Below are positions 62,404 through 64,000 of a stretch of DNA of 64,000 bases, in pieces. Source of the DNA: Camelus ferus (lineage: Eukaryota); NCBI RefSeq assembly GCF_009834535.1, contig NC_045696.1, forward strand, positions 7,628,001-7,692,000, read 5' to 3'. A program made the translations under genes and the position numbers. The notes beneath the pieces were generated by a model that saw nothing but the letters and a program-made list of their open reading frames with translations, made no database searches and had not been told where the DNA came from. Positions within the stretch are counted from its first letter, which is position 1. Each line of letters starts with the position of its first letter.

Positions 62404-62899
62404 GCCTGCATGTGCAACTGGGTTGTACCGTGGAGAGGGCTTCCCCAATTAAGAGACTTGGTTGACACATCTGTCCCTCCTCCCCTCTCGGGGAGGGGAA
62501 ACACTTTACTCTGGAATATAAGCAAATCCTCTCTGAGAAAGGGGAGGAAAGGGACAGCAGAGGAGGGGAAGGGAAAGCCACTAAGGTTTTACTAACCTGA
62601 AATGTAAACAAATGATCCAAGGAAGTCCATCTGAATCTCGCTGGTGCAATGTACATACTACCTCTAGGTTCCAGGGCGTATTTTCTGCCCCGCCCCCAAC
62701 TTTATTTATTTTTATTGAGGTATGTTGCTGTACACTAAGGCATATTTTCTGTTCAGTCATCCTTTAATCACGTTGACCAGTGCTCTTTGCTGTGAATGCC
62801 TAGACTGTGCAAAAATGTGAAAATATTCCTGGAGAATTGTGTCCCACCATGCATCAGTCTTTTTATTAGCTCCAGTTTGAATATGAATGGAAAGCCAAG

Positions 62900-64000
62900 G
62901 ATTACTGAGAATGGTATAAAAAGTTACAATGAAAAAGGCCAAGATGAATAGGAAAACTGACTACCAAGGAAAAATAGCTAATTCAAGGAAAGGAATAGAA
63001 TTTGAAAACATCTCATTAGGGTATGAATCTGTAGTCAAGAATATTTTGTCCTTAAAGCAAGAATAGGATTCTATTAAAGAGTTACAATATTGGAAATGTA
63101 GAATGATTGCCAAATTAAAAAAAAAATAAAGAGCTAAAATAAAGATACCATCAAGAAAAGTGTTTTAGATAAAGACTGAAAGTATAAAAGTATGGGGAAT
63201 GTGGGAGAAAATAGAGACATAGAAGGTAAGTCCTAAAGTTCTAAGGGATGGTACTGATACAGTAACTACTAGCTTCCTGTTGCCATTTAAATACAAATTA
63301 ATAAAAATTAAATATTCAGTTCGTTAGTGACACCAGTCTCATTTCAGTTGCTCAAAAGTCATATGTAGATTGCTGCTTTTGAGCAGTGCAGATTTATGGA
63401 AAATTTCCAACATTGCAGCAAGTTCTGATGGATAGTCCTGGCAACTGATAAAGGAGACTAGAGAATAGGGGTGGGGGAGGGGAGAGATTACCAAATAAAT
63501 AATAGGTGAACACATGTCTGTTAATGTTGAAAGGCTCCACCTACCGTCAAGCAGAGTGGATTTTAGAAAGATATATCTAAATATCATTGTGAAATTCTTA
63601 GGGAACCAAGGATAAAGGAAGTATTCTAAACACTTTGCGAGAGTGATAAATACAGATATCTACAAGGGAATGAGAATGAGTAGTGCTAAAGTTCCTAGGG
63701 AGGATGATTTTTAGTCTAGAATCATTTCCACCCAAATAATCAATTAGATTTAAAGACAGGTAAAGAGACTTGGGGACACTACACTGAAAGTCTCAGAAAG
63801 TTAGCTTCATGCATGTCTTTTCTTAGGGAGTTACTTGAGGATATGCTTTGACAAATAAGAAAAGAAACCAAGAAAGTTGAAAACATGAGATCCCAGAAAC
63901 AGTGCGTCCAATTTATAAAAGCAGTTAAGGAGGTCCTAGGAAGACAGTTAGAAAGAAGCCGAGATGAACCCTTTCCGAGTGGAATGAGACCGAGCACTTG
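62900..64000 (+). mobile_element. Decayed L1/HAL1-type ORF1-region remnant with a MER3-like hAT insertion (~63255-63440)
   Basis: A-rich ORF1-like text (aaggctccacc, atcattgtgaaattc, ctagaatcatttccaccc); MER3-like aaaaattaaatattcagttc..cacc..catttcagttgctc...gcagtgcagattta..catt.cag.aagttct. Confidence 0.55.

Larger units (their letters stand above)
3735..64000 (+). other. HLCS: Very long HLCS intron (>60 kb, runs off the window)
   Basis: Starts with GTGAGT. The next expected peptide (LMF..PQEMGLI.IA.RQT.GKG) was not seen. The orthologous human intron is also very long (from memory). Confidence 0.8.

Noticed and set aside
1..64000. CRISPR array, operon or other novel multi-gene system
   Set aside because: Mammalian intronic DNA: no repeat-spacer array, no gene-dense region and no credible second protein-coding gene seen.

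Overview
This is mammalian genomic DNA, very likely camelid (alpaca, llama or camel), judged from repeated tRNA-Ala-derived Vic-1-like SINEs and no recognisable Alu, B1 or Bov-A/BovB elements. The whole window lies inside HLCS (holocarboxylase synthetase, biotin-protein ligase) on the + strand. It contains one 272-nt internal coding exon (3463-3734), the end of the upstream intron, and about 60 kb of a very long downstream intron with no further recognisable HLCS exon. The intron holds old and young transposable elements (L1, L2, MIR, MaLR/ERVL LTRs, hAT-Charlie, Tigger/MER47, camelid SINEs, several nested) plus microsatellites. All other ORFs in the track look spurious or repeat-derived. I see no new protein-coding or prokaryote-type system. 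The best leads are non-coding and unverified: two polypyrimidine-AG|GTRAG ratchet-type motifs flanking the exon, a CpG-rich cluster of bHLH-PAS-type cores at ~59.1-59.5 kb, several motif-dense candidate enhancers (HLCS neighbours SIM2 in human), a duplicated CTCF-like motif, and an inverted SINE-in-SINE structure. Repeat family names are from recall of consensus sequences, and old-repeat boundaries are approximate.
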